Positions 40,886 through 53,296 are shown, numbered from the stretch's first letter. The stretch is 64,000 nt of DNA from a virus (IMGVR_UViG_3300015214_000024:201787-265786); one strand, 5' to 3'. A program made the numbers and translations. The notes: generated by a model from the sequence alone, not told the origin.

Positions 40886-41395
40886 GTGAAAATTTTGACA
40901 TCGCAAAGCTATTACGGTTATAACGTTGAAGTAAAAACGCCAGAAGCGCCGGAAGAATTGAATTATATTTGTAATTTGGCTATAGCTCAAAAATTATATG
41001 TAAATGAGGATTATACATTTTATAAACTATTGAATAATGAACGGCAATATATCAGACAGATGGCGGCGATGTCTATCCACGATGCTTTGTATGGATTAGC
41101 CATTGTCTGGGATTATTCTAGACGAATTGTTGATCGCGGCTTCGCTGAAAGTATGGAGCAAATGGAATCTTTTGGTTTTTTGCCACAAGCTGTTGGCGTA
41201 TTTGTACCACCACGCCAGCGTGGTGGTTTAATTGGATCATTAATGGTTAATAATATTTTGGATTCTTTTGCCCAGCCAGTATTTTGCATTGGCGATTCCC
41301 TACAGGAACAGGCATTTTGGATGTCAGATCGAGTAGATAAGACTTATATTAAATTTATGCTTACAGAAAAAGCAACAGTCCGGATCAATTTTTGA
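40886..41395 (+). CDS. possible GNAT-fold acetyltransferase
   Basis: VFVPPRQRGGLIGSLMV resembles GNAT motif A. Confidence 0.45.
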   Translation: MKILTSQSYYGYNVEVKTPEAPEELNYICNLAIAQKLYVNEDYTFYKLLNNERQYIRQMAAMSIHDALYGLAIVWDYSRRIVDRGFAESMEQMESFGFLPQAVGVFVPPRQRGGLIGSLMVNNILDSFAQPVFCIGDSLQEQAFWMSDRVDKTYIKFMLTEKATVRINF

Positions 41396-42248
41396 AAGGA
41401 TATTGAAAAATGTTAGATTCAATGATGGAATTATCAAAAGATAAGCTTTCAGAAATTATAAAAGAATATATTGAAGATTCTATCGCTCTATTGAACCAAG
41501 AGAGACGGTCCTATGAAAAGCGAGCAATTGAAGTAGTAACTCGTCCACGCTTGTTCGGTCTTCGAGCCCCAATGGCGATTAATCCCACTCCTGAAGAGGC
41601 TGTCAGAATAGTCAAAGAAAGACTCAAATGGTATGGATATTCACGACATAGTTATATGGCTCGCAGAGTTCAAGCAACTATGTTTCAGGATATGATTGAC
41701 CGAGGCGATGCTGATTCGAAGTTTTTAATTTCGGTTGATGACCATTCAATGCTGATGAATTGTGACTATTCATCAAAAGCATCTTGGAATGCAAACCGAT
41801 GGGATGCTAAAAATGATCCAGAATTAGCTGATATGTTTAATTAAAATCGACTTTGTATAATTTTTATAATATAGTCTAATAGTAAAAGTATGTCCTGATT
41901 ACAGGCTTGATAGCTTTTACCAATAAACCAGACTATAAGGAGATATGCTATGTCTGATGAAGTAACATTTAATGATGAATCTGGCTTGAATTGGAATGAC
42001 ATTTCAAGTGAAGATTATCGAGTTTATGAATTTGCTGATACTCAAATTAAGATCCAATCACCCTTAAAACTTAACGTAAGTAGGAGCGGCGGCCATCGAA
42101 TTTTTGATGCGAATGGCGTTAGTCACTACATTCCTGGTGGATGGCGGCATCTCTATTGGGAAGCGCGCCCAGGAAGTCCAAATTTTGTGAAATGATATAA
42201 CTGCGGATGGTAGATAACTACCATCCGCATTTTTCTTGGGAGAAATAT

Positions 42249-42416
42249 ATGTGGGAATATGCTATTTGTGAACGCACTTGGAATGAACTTATGAACGAGT
42301 CATCACTTAACAACTTTGGCAAAGATGGGTGGGAATTAGTTCAAGTCATTAAGTCAGGCCCACGGGAATCGGAACGTCAATATATCTTTAAAAGACTCAA
42401 GGGCAAAAATGCTTGA
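42249..42416 (+). CDS. DUF4177-like protein
   Basis: WEY...LNNFGKDGWELVQV...YIFKR. Confidence 0.7.
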   Translation: MWEYAICERTWNELMNESSLNNFGKDGWELVQVIKSGPRESERQYIFKRLKGKNA

Positions 42417-42447
42417 CACATAGTATTGTCTATCATATATTGGAATC

Positions 42448-42661
42448 GTCCGGTGGGAGGTTCGACTCCGCCCATCCAATGCTTGTCTGAAACCTGGTCA
42501 GCCGGCCCAGCGAGTAAGAAGTCTGGAGAGACTCGCGGAATATATAACCTTTATCCGTGCTAAGCAGCCTAAATGCCGTTTTAACTCTCCGGGGGAGATA
42601 GGTATTTAGAGTCCGAGGGTTCGATTCCTGATGGTAGGCGTGAGATTAATCTTGCGAGGAC
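42448..42661 (+). ncRNA. structured RNA with two T-loop hairpins
   Basis: own TTGACA promoter; GTTCGACT and GTTCGATT loops; GTCC/GGAC closure. Confidence 0.6.
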
Positions 42662-43021
42662 ACAAATTTTTCAAGTCATAGGAGAGCTAGATGAGTAAAT
42701 TGATCCCAAATCGTAAACTTGAATATGCAATTGAAGTGCCTATGACTAAAGCAGAGGCACGTAAAGACGCACTTAAAACATTTAAGACTTTTGGAAGCAT
42801 TGTCCAAACATCTTTCGCCGCCCTTCTAATCGGGTTACTTTCTATTCCAGTTATCATTGCTGCTGAATGGGCAGCTTTAGTACCATTAGTTGGTATATTT
42901 CTATTCCTTCTTTATATTCAATATGATAATTATTATAGTTTCAATCGGAACCGAATCCTTTATAAGGATATAAAAGAAACTCGGGACCAGCTTGACGATT
43001 TTTTAAAGGAAAAAGGATATC

Positions 43022-43342
43022 TTGATACTTAATAAACATTTGGATCAGATTCCGGAGGATGCCATTTATATTGGAAGGGGATCAAAATGGGGTAATCCAT
43101 TTAAGATAGGTGTTGATGGTAGCCGGTCTCAAGTTATTTTCCTATACGAAGAATGGCTTAAAACACAGGATGAACTTATTGATTCAATTGATGAACTTAA
43201 GGACAAAAGTCTTGTATGTTTTTGCAAGCCAAAACCGTGTCACGGTGATATTTTAATTAAAGTTCAGCGTATGGATTTTAATGATAGGAAGTTGTGGAAA
43301 GAAAACTTTTTTGACCGTAGAAATTTTTTTCAAGGGGCATAA
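43022..43342 (+). CDS. DUF4326 protein
   Basis: YIGRGSKWGNPF, LVCFCKPKPCHGDIL. Confidence 0.88.
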   Translation: MILNKHLDQIPEDAIYIGRGSKWGNPFKIGVDGSRSQVIFLYEEWLKTQDELIDSIDELKDKSLVCFCKPKPCHGDILIKVQRMDFNDRKLWKENFFDRRNFFQGA

Positions 43343-44156
43343 TATGATATCTGATGATATAATTGGTAAACTTATCACATCTATACAGCGCAACACAAGT
43401 GAGTGGACTGTTGATAATGATCTTCTAATTCACAAATCTAGGATTTTTATCGGCAATTTTAATAATCCATCGTGTTTAATTATCCATATTGCTGGTATCA
43501 AATATGGAGTTATTTCTAATACCATTGATGCAAAACAAGCAAAAATGTTATCCGAAACTATTATGGAAATTTATAATAATACTGTTGACTTATACGTCAA
43601 TTCAATCGTGGATCAGCTCTAATGATGAGTCAGATTATAAAAATAATTGAAATTTTTGGTGCTGAAATAACAAGCACTGAATATTTTTGTCAAAAGGGTG
43701 AGAATTCAATCTTTTTAGATTTTGAAAATGAATTCTGCTGGGCATCAATATCATATAACAAAGATACTAAAGACTTATCAAGTGCAGCAATTGAAGATAA
43801 AGGCCGTAAATTTTATTTTCAACTTAACATTCCTGGTTCTGTTTATGAAACAGATCCAGAAGCATCGCTTTTAGATAGCTATGAAGCTTATCTTGAAAAA
43901 TCGAAATTAATATGGGAAAATAAACTGACATAAATTTCATTATGTATAAATAGACAGTTATATTCCTAATAGGAGACTATTATGGCTTGTAAAAATTGTA
44001 AATGTCATATCACAGAAGATGATATTCGAAAAATGGACTACAAACGACTCAATCAGCTATTAAATGAAATGGTTGATGACGAAGTTTGCGATGATACACA
44101 GGCTAACCTCCAAGGAATGATTGAAAAGGCTAAAAAAGTTAAGTGAGGGTCTGGTT

Positions 44157-45152
44157 ATGCGCTCGAATGAAATTAAAAAACTAAAAGAACAAATTGCTTT
44201 TTTGACTAAAAAGATTGAAGAGGATTTGATTCTCAAATCAGTAAAGCCGGGCGAGATTGTTTTAACTGATCCCACTAACGATGAAGTGCCTGTTTTACAA
44301 AAGGCTGATAATGAAGAGCGTATTAAAATTTTGGCCAGAATTGAAGATGACATTAAAGATGATGAAGATTTGAACGAAAAGAGCGGCTATTCAGCTAAAT
44401 CAGCTCATTCAGGCAAAGACCTCGGTAAGCCAGGTAAAAATTTCAAGAAAATTGCCGATAAAGCCGCCAAGGAATATGGCTCAAAAGAAGCTGGAAAGCG
44501 CGTCGCAGGTGTAGTCTTGGCCAAACTTAGAAAAGAATCAGTAGATCCTTCAAAGGCACTTATGCTTGAAGGTATGGAAATGGCCTTAACTGGCGAGCTT
44601 GACGAAAAACTTAAACCATCAATGGGCGTTGGTGCTTACATTGACGACTTTGTCCATTCAAAGAATAAACGATTTGCTGGTAAATCAAAAGCTCAGCGTA
44701 TCAAAATGGCTAAAGGTGCTTATTACGGTGCTACTAAAGAATCAGTAAATGAAGCAGGTGATGAGTGGTATCAAAAAGGATATCAGCATTATAAAAATGG
44801 CGGTGAACCGAGAAGTCCAGCGTTTTTTGGTAAAATGGATTCGTATCATTCATTTAAAAAAGGTTTTGAAGCTGCTAAGAATGAAAAACCAGTTAATGAA
44901 GCTGCCGAAGATAGTGAACATTTTGTTATCACTCCAGAATTAATGCTCCGTTCAATGGAATGGGCAAAAGAAGATGCTGGAGAAGATATTCAACTTCACA
45001 AATATATTGAAGCGTTGTCAGAAATGATGGCTACCAAGGATGTTTTGGATAGTGATGATTATGAAGCTATTGTTTCAAAAGTTACACCAAACGATCCTAA
45101 TGTCAACGACAATGGACCGGAATCTCCACCAGAACAAGAAAGCACATATTAA
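44157..45152 (+). CDS. charged modular late protein, probable head-internal protein
   Basis: TATAAATA at about 43945; MRSNEI start; modules delimited by LNE/LDE/VNE. Confidence 0.6.
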   Translation: MRSNEIKKLKEQIAFLTKKIEEDLILKSVKPGEIVLTDPTNDEVPVLQKADNEERIKILARIEDDIKDDEDLNEKSGYSAKSAHSGKDLGKPGKNFKKIADKAAKEYGSKEAGKRVAGVVLAKLRKESVDPSKALMLEGMEMALTGELDEKLKPSMGVGAYIDDFVHSKNKRFAGKSKAQRIKMAKGAYYGATKESVNEAGDEWYQKGYQHYKNGGEPRSPAFFGKMDSYHSFKKGFEAAKNEKPVNEAAEDSEHFVITPELMLRSMEWAKEDAGEDIQLHKYIEALSEMMATKDVLDSDDYEAIVSKVTPNDPNVNDNGPESPPEQESTY

Positions 45153-45477
45153 TGGATTACAGACAAGCATTAATGTACCATTTGGTACGATATGAAATGA
45201 TGGTGTCGTTAGTTGGTGGTTTACCACTAACGACATATACTAAGCAAGAATTGCAAGAATTTATTAAATTAACAATGGATAATATTGAAAATTACCCATT
45301 AGAGAAGCTTAACCGTTGGTTTGGTTTTATCCAAGGAATTATTATAGCGTGTGGTTTTACAACAGTTCAAGCCGAACGTGATGCTACACGACCACATTTT
45401 AAACATTTAGATTTTCCCGCTTGAATTTATCTTTTCTTTATGTTATATTGATTTAAATCAATATTGAAAGGAAGAAA

Positions 45478-46233
45478 ATGATCCCGGTGTATAATGTGAA
45501 TGGCTTACCATTCTGGTCTCAAGAAGACATCAAACTTAGAAATTATCTGAAGGATCATTTTGCATCCAAAGTATTTGGAATTCTTGAACAGGAGAATCCA
45601 GCTTGGAAGATGCTTGAAATTGAAGCACCACTTCTAACACCAGTAAGTTTAATCAATCCAAACTACACAAATGAAGATGTGTGGATGCAAGAACGTATGG
45701 ATAATGAGATTAACCATTTAGTTCTTCGTCCAGAAACGACTCCTGGTTCATATGCCTATGCTAAGCATCTTTTAGAATCGCATTCAATTTACAAGCCACC
45801 ATTTATTGTCTGGCAGGCAGGTAAAAGCTTCCGTCGCGAGCAGGACCAAGTTAGTAAGAATATGCGTTTGAAGGAATTCTATCAACAAGAATTCCAGTGC
45901 ATCTACACTGCTGACACTATGAATGATTATCACACTGCTGTTCTTGATCCAATCAAGGATATGTTGGCAGATGCCTGCAATCTAAGTGCTCGAGTGATTG
46001 CCAGTGACCGTCTTCCTTCATATAGTGAGATTACGATGGATGTTGAGGTATTCAACGGTGACAAATATATGGAAGTTTGCTCCATCAGCCGCCGCACTGA
46101 TTTCCCAACTAAAGCAAGATTCCAAACCAAGAAAGGTTTGGTAGAGAAAGATTTGATGGTTCTTGAAATTGCTATTGGTTTGGACCGCGTGATCTATAAT
46201 AGGAATCATATTGACAGATCACGCCCATTTTAA
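45478..46233 (+). CDS. class II aminoacyl-tRNA synthetase core, GlyRS(alpha2)-like
   Basis: LRPETTPG, GKSFRRE motif 2, EFYQQEFQ, IGLDR motif 3. Confidence 0.8.
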   Translation: MIPVYNVNGLPFWSQEDIKLRNYLKDHFASKVFGILEQENPAWKMLEIEAPLLTPVSLINPNYTNEDVWMQERMDNEINHLVLRPETTPGSYAYAKHLLESHSIYKPPFIVWQAGKSFRREQDQVSKNMRLKEFYQQEFQCIYTADTMNDYHTAVLDPIKDMLADACNLSARVIASDRLPSYSEITMDVEVFNGDKYMEVCSISRRTDFPTKARFQTKKGLVEKDLMVLEIAIGLDRVIYNRNHIDRSRPF

Positions 46234-46246
46234 TTAGAGTGGATAA

Positions 46247-48235
46247 ATGACGAAACTTAATAAAGAACAACAAGAAGCAGTAGATCACAAAGATGGGCCT
46301 TGTATTGTTTTGGCCGGGCCCGGCGCCGGCAAGACGGCAGTATTGACTCGTCGCACCGCAAAACTGGTAGATTCAGGCGTAGCACCTGAACGAGTATTGT
46401 TATTAACGTTTACTCGTTTGGCTGCTAAGGAGATGCTTGATCGGGCAAAAGCCATCAACCCATTGTGCGAAAAAGTTGACGGCGGCACGTTTCACAGTCT
46501 TGCTACCCGCATAGTCAATCAAAATAATCATTTGTTTGGTAAAACCAAGCCATTTACTATTCTTGATGTTGAGGATAACCAGACAATAGTCAAACAGTTG
46601 ACTAATGAAGTCAGAAATGGATCCACAGATGAGGATTGGCCATCGCCATCAATGATTCAGCGAATTATTAGTTTTTCAACTAACACTCGAATGACTATTG
46701 CTGAATCTATTTTTTCAGTATCTCCTAATTATGTTCATCTCACCCAAAAACTTGAAACTATACGTGACAAATATTTTGATTATAAAATTGAACGTGGATT
46801 ATTGGACTATGATGATTGTTTGGAATATTTTTCTGCACTCTTGAGTAATGAAGATATCGCTCCAGCAATTAGGGCCAAATGGGACTATGTCTTAGTTGAT
46901 GAATATCAGGATACTAACCAACTCCAACTTGAGATCGTATATGGGCTGGTACACAAATCTAAAGCCAATATTATGGTTGTGGGTGATCCAGCCCAAAGTA
47001 TATATTCTTTTCGTGGATCTGCCCCAGAAACTATGACGGGCTTTAGAAATCGTTTCCCTAAATCTAAAATAATCAATCTTGATACCAACTATCGATCCAC
47101 ACCAGAGATTGTTGATGTGGTAAATTCAATTGATAAGCGACTTGGTATTGGTTTTAATAGAACATTACATTCATTTCAAAAGAGTAGTGATGACTTACCT
47201 AACTTTGTTGAATGTGGAAATGTTAATTCGCAGGCTGTCACATTGGCTGATAATATACTTGAAAGCAAAAATTCAGGTAAATGTATGTTATCTCAAAACG
47301 CTGTAATTGTTAGAGCTATGGCGTATGCTCGCCCTATTGAGATTGAATTTACAAAACGTAAAATACCTTATAAAATTGTCGGTGGATTGCGTATTGACGA
47401 GGCTGCCCACGTTAAGGATCTGCTCTCATTGGCCCGAATCGCAACGAATCCACAGCACGAACCCGCTTGGCTTCGAATATTGACGAGATTTAAAAAGCTT
47501 GGTGCAAAAACAGCAAATGAAATATCCAGTCTGATGGCTAATGCTGTTGGAATCCAGGATGTTGTTGATCAGCTTGAAAATTACCCTTCTAAGAAATTTG
47601 ATTTTAAACCCGTGATCAATTCTCTAAAGGAGTTTGATAAAAGTGATCTAACTCCTGCTGAAAAACTAGAACTTTGTGTCCAATATATGGAACCAATTTG
47701 GTCTACCATAAAAGAATGGAAAGATGATTGGAAGGACCGTAAAAAGGATCTTGAATCTATAATATCAATAGCTAATGATCATTCTACTGTAGAATCGTTT
47801 CTATCAACTATTACTCTTGATTATTCCGTTGACAACAAAAAGATTCACGAAAAAGAACCAAGATATGAAGATGATATGATTACTATTACTACTGTTCACG
47901 GTTCTAAGGGCCTTGAATGGCCAAGGGTTCATATTCCATCTTTTATATCTGGTCACATACCTTCAACTTATACTCTTGACACAAAAGAAGAAATGCGTAT
48001 ATTGTATGTCGCAGTGAGTAGAGCAAAGAAAGAATTGTTTATCTACAAACCGCTGTTCAATCCGCAAGGATCATTTTCACAAGAATCTGAATTTGAACCG
48101 ATGATTAAGCCACATTGTAATGTGGTTAGAGTTAAAAAGGGATCTCCTTTAGGGAGTGACAGAATAAATTCATCAACTAAAATTGATATGAAGGCAGTGC
48201 TGGCCGCGAAGATGAAAAAACGCCAAACTGCTTGA
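46247..48235 (+). CDS. uvrD: UvrD/Rep/PcrA SF1 helicase
   Basis: [41 protein letters not shown]. Confidence 0.95.
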   Translation: MTKLNKEQQEAVDHKDGPCIVLAGPGAGKTAVLTRRTAKLVDSGVAPERVLLLTFTRLAAKEMLDRAKAINPLCEKVDGGTFHSLATRIVNQNNHLFGKTKPFTILDVEDNQTIVKQLTNEVRNGSTDEDWPSPSMIQRIISFSTNTRMTIAESIFSVSPNYVHLTQKLETIRDKYFDYKIERGLLDYDDCLEYFSALLSNEDIAPAIRAKWDYVLVDEYQDTNQLQLEIVYGLVHKSKANIMVVGDPAQSIYSFRGSAPETMTGFRNRFPKSKIINLDTNYRSTPEIVDVVNSIDKRLGIGFNRTLHSFQKSSDDLPNFVECGNVNSQAVTLADNILESKNSGKCMLSQNAVIVRAMAYARPIEIEFTKRKIPYKIVGGLRIDEAAHVKDLLSLARIATNPQHEPAWLRILTRFKKLGAKTANEISSLMANAVGIQDVVDQLENYPSKKFDFKPVINSLKEFDKSDLTPAEKLELCVQYMEPIWSTIKEWKDDWKDRKKDLESIISIANDHSTVESFLSTITLDYSVDNKKIHEKEPRYEDDMITITTVHGSKGLEWPRVHIPSFISGHIPSTYTLDTKEEMRILYVAVSRAKKELFIYKPLFNPQGSFSQESEFEPMIKPHCNVVRVKKGSPLGSDRINSSTKIDMKAVLAAKMKKRQTA

Positions 48236-48290
48236 CTTGCTTTTAAGACAATACTATTATCAGTTAGAAATTAACACAGAAAGGAAATAT

Positions 48291-48917
48291 ATGACTCTTG
48301 TGCCAATGGTTGTAGAACAGACCAATCGCGGTGAACGTTCATACGACATTTATAGCCGACTCCTCAAAGAGCGAATTATCTTTATGAACGGCCAAGTTGA
48401 GGATCATATGGCTCAGGTCATTTGTGCCCAGCTTCTTTTCTTAGAAGCCGAAAGTCGAGAAAAGGACATCTATCTTTACATCAATTCTCCTGGTGGTGTA
48501 GTAACGGCTGGCCTTGCAATCTATGATACTATGCAATTTATCAAGCCTGACGTTTCTACTATCGTAATGGGCCAGGCTTGTTCAATGGGATCATTTTTGG
48601 CACAGGCTGGTGCTCCTGGTAAGCGATTGGTCCTACCTGAATCGCGAACAATGATTCACCGCGTCAGTGGCGGCACGCCTGGGACTCGTGGTTCCATTCA
48701 CGTTCAAGAGCTTGAATTTGAAGATGCGAAAAGAGCATATGAAGAAGGCAAACGTATTAATGAACGATTGACTGAACTCTATGTTCGCCATAACACTGCT
48801 GGTAAGACTTACGAAGAATTGTTTGAAACTATGAAGTTTGACACATTTCTTTCAGCAAATGAAGCAGTTAGTAATGGTTTGGCTGATCGAGTCGTCCCTA
48901 ACCGAGACGCGATATAA
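48291..48917 (+). CDS. clpP: Clp protease proteolytic subunit
   Basis: [27 protein letters not shown]. Confidence 0.95.
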   Translation: MTLVPMVVEQTNRGERSYDIYSRLLKERIIFMNGQVEDHMAQVICAQLLFLEAESREKDIYLYINSPGGVVTAGLAIYDTMQFIKPDVSTIVMGQACSMGSFLAQAGAPGKRLVLPESRTMIHRVSGGTPGTRGSIHVQELEFEDAKRAYEEGKRINERLTELYVRHNTAGKTYEELFETMKFDTFLSANEAVSNGLADRVVPNRDAI

Positions 48918-48947
48918 ATAAATTAGGATCCATTGGATCCTAATTTT

Positions 48948-49016
48948 GCCCCAGCCGAGGGAGCGGGTGCGAGTTTCCTAAACTTGCTTTTGTAGGTTCG
49001 AATCCTACCTGGGGTA
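48948..49016 (+). tRNA. tRNA-Arg(CCT), shortened D region
   Basis: CGAGT-TTCCTAA-ACTTG. Confidence 0.78.
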
Positions 49017-49021
49017 CTATA

Positions 49022-49378
49022 TTAAAATAAACACGAATCTAATATATCTTTAGATACCATTTTCCCCTGAATATGACTTACTTTATTGATTCTTGCTTTG
49101 TTAAGACGATGTAAACCGTCAATCACCGTGTGCCGCCAAGCGCCTACACTCATATCATACCACTTTGTAATTAACACTGGAATATTGATATTAATAGTTT
49201 CGTAATCGTCTGGGACAGGCTCATCAAAGTTTAAGACCCAAGTTAAGTCACTCACTCGATACAACTCTGGCTTGAGGTGCGCCGTCAATTTAAACAATTT
49301 ATTGATGTCATAAGATTTGCCATCGTGAACAAACGTGCTTGATGGGTCTTCTTTATATATTTCAAATAATCTCATCAC
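49022..49378 (-). CDS. ParB/Srx-like domain protein with internal-protein-like N-terminus
   Basis: MRLFEIYKE; PVLI...VIDGLHRL; ATAAATA upstream. Confidence 0.7.
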   Translation of the reverse strand: MMRLFEIYKEDPSSTFVHDGKSYDINKLFKLTAHLKPELYRVSDLTWVLNFDEPVPDDYETININIPVLITKWYDMSVGAWRHTVIDGLHRLNKARINKVSHIQGKMVSKDILDSCLF

Positions 49379-49474
49379 ACCATTCCTTAATTGTCTGATA
49401 TTTATCAGTGTTGACAGAAGAAGATATTGTGTTATACTGGAAACACTGATATAATTCTCTAGAAAGGAATATTA

Positions 49475-50269
49475 ATGGGTTGTTGGTCCGAAAGTTGCGC
49501 AATTTCAGGTCTCGAAATTGGAGCATATTGTGAAGCGGTAGTTATGGTAGTTAAGCCGGTATCAGAAGATGCTTATACTGAGTATGGTTCCTTTTCCCGT
49601 TTCGTCCCAGTATGTCCGCCAACATTTGGTGTATATTCTGATTATGGTGATATAGAGGGTGAAGATGCGCGGCCTGAACAGCTCGATTCTAAATTTTTCC
49701 TTGATCAGCTGGAAAAAGCTCGGCGAATTTACGATCCAAACAAAACAGATCATATGGAATATATGGGTCAGTTTTGGTGGTGTCGAAAAGACGTTTGGGA
49801 TTATTGTGATGCTCTACCTCTTGAATTTTCTTATGGCGACAATCCAAAGACCATAGGCGAGGCAGTCGAGAAACAGAGAATTAATATTAAGAAATATGTT
49901 GATGTACAGCTCGATATTCAAAATTCTGTTGATGATGAGGAAGGAAAACTTCGCCGCCTTTTTAGGAGCATATCAAGTGCTCGAGATATATTCGGATTAG
50001 GTCACATTGATGGCAATTTTGTAATTGGTTTGAAGCAAAAGCTTGATTTTGCTATTGAACAAGGGGACCTTGAAACCATTAACAATGTTGTAGAATCAGC
50101 ATTGCGAGTGCTGAAGGTGTCTCTGATGTGTTACGAACTTCGGAAAATTGTTTGCCCAAGCACTAGGGCAGGGCCTCAACACGGTGGTTATGAAGCCATT
50201 CTGTCATTAAATAAATTCACATTGGCTAAGTGCCAAGAATATTTCGCCGAATATGGTGAAGAAGACTGA
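49475..50269 (+). CDS. hypothetical protein
   Basis: 264 aa ORF with RBS and TTGACA-N17-TATACT promoter. Confidence 0.75.
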   Translation: MGCWSESCAISGLEIGAYCEAVVMVVKPVSEDAYTEYGSFSRFVPVCPPTFGVYSDYGDIEGEDARPEQLDSKFFLDQLEKARRIYDPNKTDHMEYMGQFWWCRKDVWDYCDALPLEFSYGDNPKTIGEAVEKQRINIKKYVDVQLDIQNSVDDEEGKLRRLFRSISSARDIFGLGHIDGNFVIGLKQKLDFAIEQGDLETINNVVESALRVLKVSLMCYELRKIVCPSTRAGPQHGGYEAILSLNKFTLAKCQEYFAEYGEED

Positions 50270-50461
50270 AGCCTGAGTCTGCCATAAAGGGCCGGCAGTA
50301 GGAGAAAGAGCCAGCTCAGGTAGCAGTGATCTTAAACACGTTGTGAAACGTTAAGGCTTACGTTCCGCCCCGTTGGGTAGGCAGCGCACCAATAAATGGA
50401 AGTATTTCCACAAGTTGGATGGTTTAGGTAAGGGATCAGCTACGGCGAATCACTGTTCAGT
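50265..50461 (+). ncRNA. structured RNA candidate
   Basis: ACTGAA/TTCAGT, CCTGAG/CTCAGG, CTGCC/GGCAG, CAGTGAT/ATCACTG stems. Confidence 0.55.
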
Positions 50462-50483
50462 TTTAATTTAAAGGAATGTAATT

Positions 50484-50870
50484 ATGGGTCTATTATCAAT
50501 CGCATTACTTATACCGCTGTTTATTAAGCATTTTATTGCCGATTTCAAACTTCAGCCACCCTATATGTATAAAAATAAGGGAAATTTGTTTCATCCAGGA
50601 GGATGGATCCACGCAGGCATCCACGCAACGATGTCTTTTTTAATCATTTTGTCCTTTTCGATATTTGTTCAAATTTCTGTTTGGACTATTTTGGCAGTAT
50701 GTGTTGCTGAATTATTTGTCCATTATTCGATGGATTATATCAAAGTAAATGTTTGTAAGAAAAATGGATATACTCCAACAACTCACGAAGAATGGTTTAC
50801 TTGGCTCGGTATTGATCAAACAGTTCATAGCTTGACTTATTTGGCAATGGTTGCTATATTGTTGGTATGA
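50484..50870 (+). CDS. DUF3307 membrane protein
   Basis: HFIADF.LQ, HAGIH, HY..D..K, GIDQTVH. Confidence 0.85.
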   Translation: MGLLSIALLIPLFIKHFIADFKLQPPYMYKNKGNLFHPGGWIHAGIHATMSFLIILSFSIFVQISVWTILAVCVAELFVHYSMDYIKVNVCKKNGYTPTTHEEWFTWLGIDQTVHSLTYLAMVAILLV

Positions 50871-51048
50871 AATAGCCAAAGTTGGTGACGTTGAGTCCAA
50901 TTAATTGGGCACCTCTCGAGGCGAGGGTTGTGAAGCCAAAAGTAAGTATGCGAGTAGAGTCGACCGAAAGTTGAACAGTCCGCTAATATGGTCAATTAAT
51001 TCGACGGGATCGTTCCCCGAAGGAAAATATATTAGGCTTTGGTTATTT
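50870..51048 (+). ncRNA. closed-stem RNA candidate
   Basis: AAATAGCCAAAG/CTTTGGTTATTT closure. Confidence 0.55.
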
Positions 51049-51950
51049 TTCATAGATGTATCAATATGTCACTAATCGCCGGATGGAGAAGCCGCGGTAT
51101 TATATCGGTTAGAATTTGTTGAAAGAACAATAATATGGAAAATAACCATTTACTCAGAACAGTATATGTAGTGTTTGATGAATTTAACGGTTTCAAAACT
51201 AAAAATGGTTGGAATAAATCATTTCGGTTAGCTAAAATTTTTACACATAAGACATATGCACTTAATACACACGATGTCAAGAAAGAGCTTAAAAAGCCTG
51301 ATACAACAGTAAGACTTGTACCAATTCAAATGATGATTGAAGAGGCAGACTATACTGCACTGAAATTGGGTGGTTATTTGGAGGGTCCTGAATTGTGAGA
51401 AATATACTTGAATATCCAATTACAAAGGATGAAGTGATTGACGCTATCAATGAAGCAATAGCTTATTGGACCAATCCTCTTTCTGTTGGTGACATTGTGC
51501 CATTGGCGTTGACAAAGGCTAAAGAGTTCATTATAGAAAATGGACCTGATGAATTTTATGAAGATTTTGATCCAAGGAGCAAGCAATGAGTGTTATTGAA
51601 CTGATTCAAACTATTCGAAATGTAAATGTTATTGAAGACACGATCGTGGATTATAGCCAAACTGATCGAAATCAGAAATTGGCTGATTCACTTGGCCGTG
51701 TTGATGTTACTGAATTAACTTCAGAGGAAGCATTAAATCTTGGATTTGGTATTTGGGATGAAGAAACTAATTTGCATTTGATTCCATATTATCTTTATGA
51801 TTTTCTTGAATATGGTCAAGAATTAGAATCCATCTCTGGTGACACTAGGATTGTTACTCCTGAATATAAAGACAATTCGAGCAGTAATTATATTGATAGT
51901 GACTATCGATTTGGTTGCTTGGCTTATGGATTCAGGCCAAAGGAATAATT

Positions 51951-52376
51951 ATGGAAGAAGATAATATCAAGCTCTATTGTATTTTTGCAAAAGAGTCTTT
52001 GGCAAAAATGAATGGCAATCGTGGAAAAATGGCAGCTCAGGCTGGCCACGCCTATTTGCATTCTTGGTGGGAAGCCAATTACGCACATAATGTTGAACCG
52101 TTCACTACTGAAGATGTAATTATCGCAAAACGAAAGTGTGATCAAGCACAAGACTATTATAATAGTCCCAGAGCATACAAGATTTGTCTCGTAGTTGACA
52201 CCGTTGACGAGCTCAAGGCCATTCAAGAAGAGTATAAGAACATTTGCGGTACTAGCTTGGTCACTGATGCTGGCTTTACAGTGTTTAATGAGCCCACTAT
52301 TACTTGCTTAGGAGTTGGCCCATTGCGTGATTCTCTAAAAACTGATTCATTGAAGAAATTAAAGACTTTGATATGA
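51951..52376 (+). CDS. peptidyl-tRNA hydrolase PTH2 family
   Basis: GKMAAQAGHA, KICL, DAGFT, TCLGVGP. Confidence 0.88.
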   Translation: MEEDNIKLYCIFAKESLAKMNGNRGKMAAQAGHAYLHSWWEANYAHNVEPFTTEDVIIAKRKCDQAQDYYNSPRAYKICLVVDTVDELKAIQEEYKNICGTSLVTDAGFTVFNEPTITCLGVGPLRDSLKTDSLKKLKTLI

Positions 52377-53227
52377 GGATTGTAAAAATCCCACGGGGTG
52401 ATGGCAAAATTTCCATCAATTGTCAGTATCCATATGGCGAGTATCCAAACGGCGGAACTGCAAAAATTTTAGAACAAGACATCCAAACTACTTGTAAAAT
52501 AATTTTTAAAAACGGGCTGGATTCAACAATACGCCGTGGAGAAATGGTCACTACTTCTGGAAGCCGCGGCCGAAAGCTCAAAAAACCGAGATATATTGGC
52601 CGTTGCTTTGCTTTTGTCTGTGATGAGGCTATTTCAGACTTATTTACAGAGACTACTTTTGTCCTAATGAGGTAAACTGTGAGAGAACCATATGGTCATA
52701 TTGAAAGCTGTGATTCATTGGAGCATTTCTTCTATACTTCCGATATGACCAAACATCTATACAATAGGGTGGAATATCCTGGATTAGTATTGGCTCTTGA
52801 GCAAGAAAAAATCCTCAAAAAGATGTCAAATCAAAATTATAAATTCCAACTTACCGAAGATAATGGGAGCGGCCCGTTTAATAAAACCATTTTTATTAAT
52901 TTAATTTTCTTAGACGATTTGACTAAAACCGAATATGAATTGGTGAGATAAAATTATGGCAGAAATTAAAACTATAATGAATAGGCGATTCGAAAATTGC
53001 AGCAAAGCTTCAGAATATTTTAAAGAATTGAAAGATTTGGTGGCTCAATTGGGTTTTGATACCAGTATTGTTAAAACTTATGATGAATATGAATACCGTT
53101 GCAGTCACAGATATCACGATTACACTGAAGTTTATATTATGACTGACGATCCGGTAATCATAACGGCTTTGACTTTGGTAGATTAGTCCATTACAAAAAT
53201 TTCAATATAAATAAGTGTATTAATGTT

Positions 53228-53296
53228 GCCCCATCCAGCGGATCTGGGCTGGAGACTTCTAATCTCTATGAAAGGGTTCGACTCCTTTATGGGGCG
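53228..53296 (+). tRNA. tRNA-Arg(TCT), shortened D region
   Basis: GAGA-CTTCTAA-TCTC. Confidence 0.8.
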
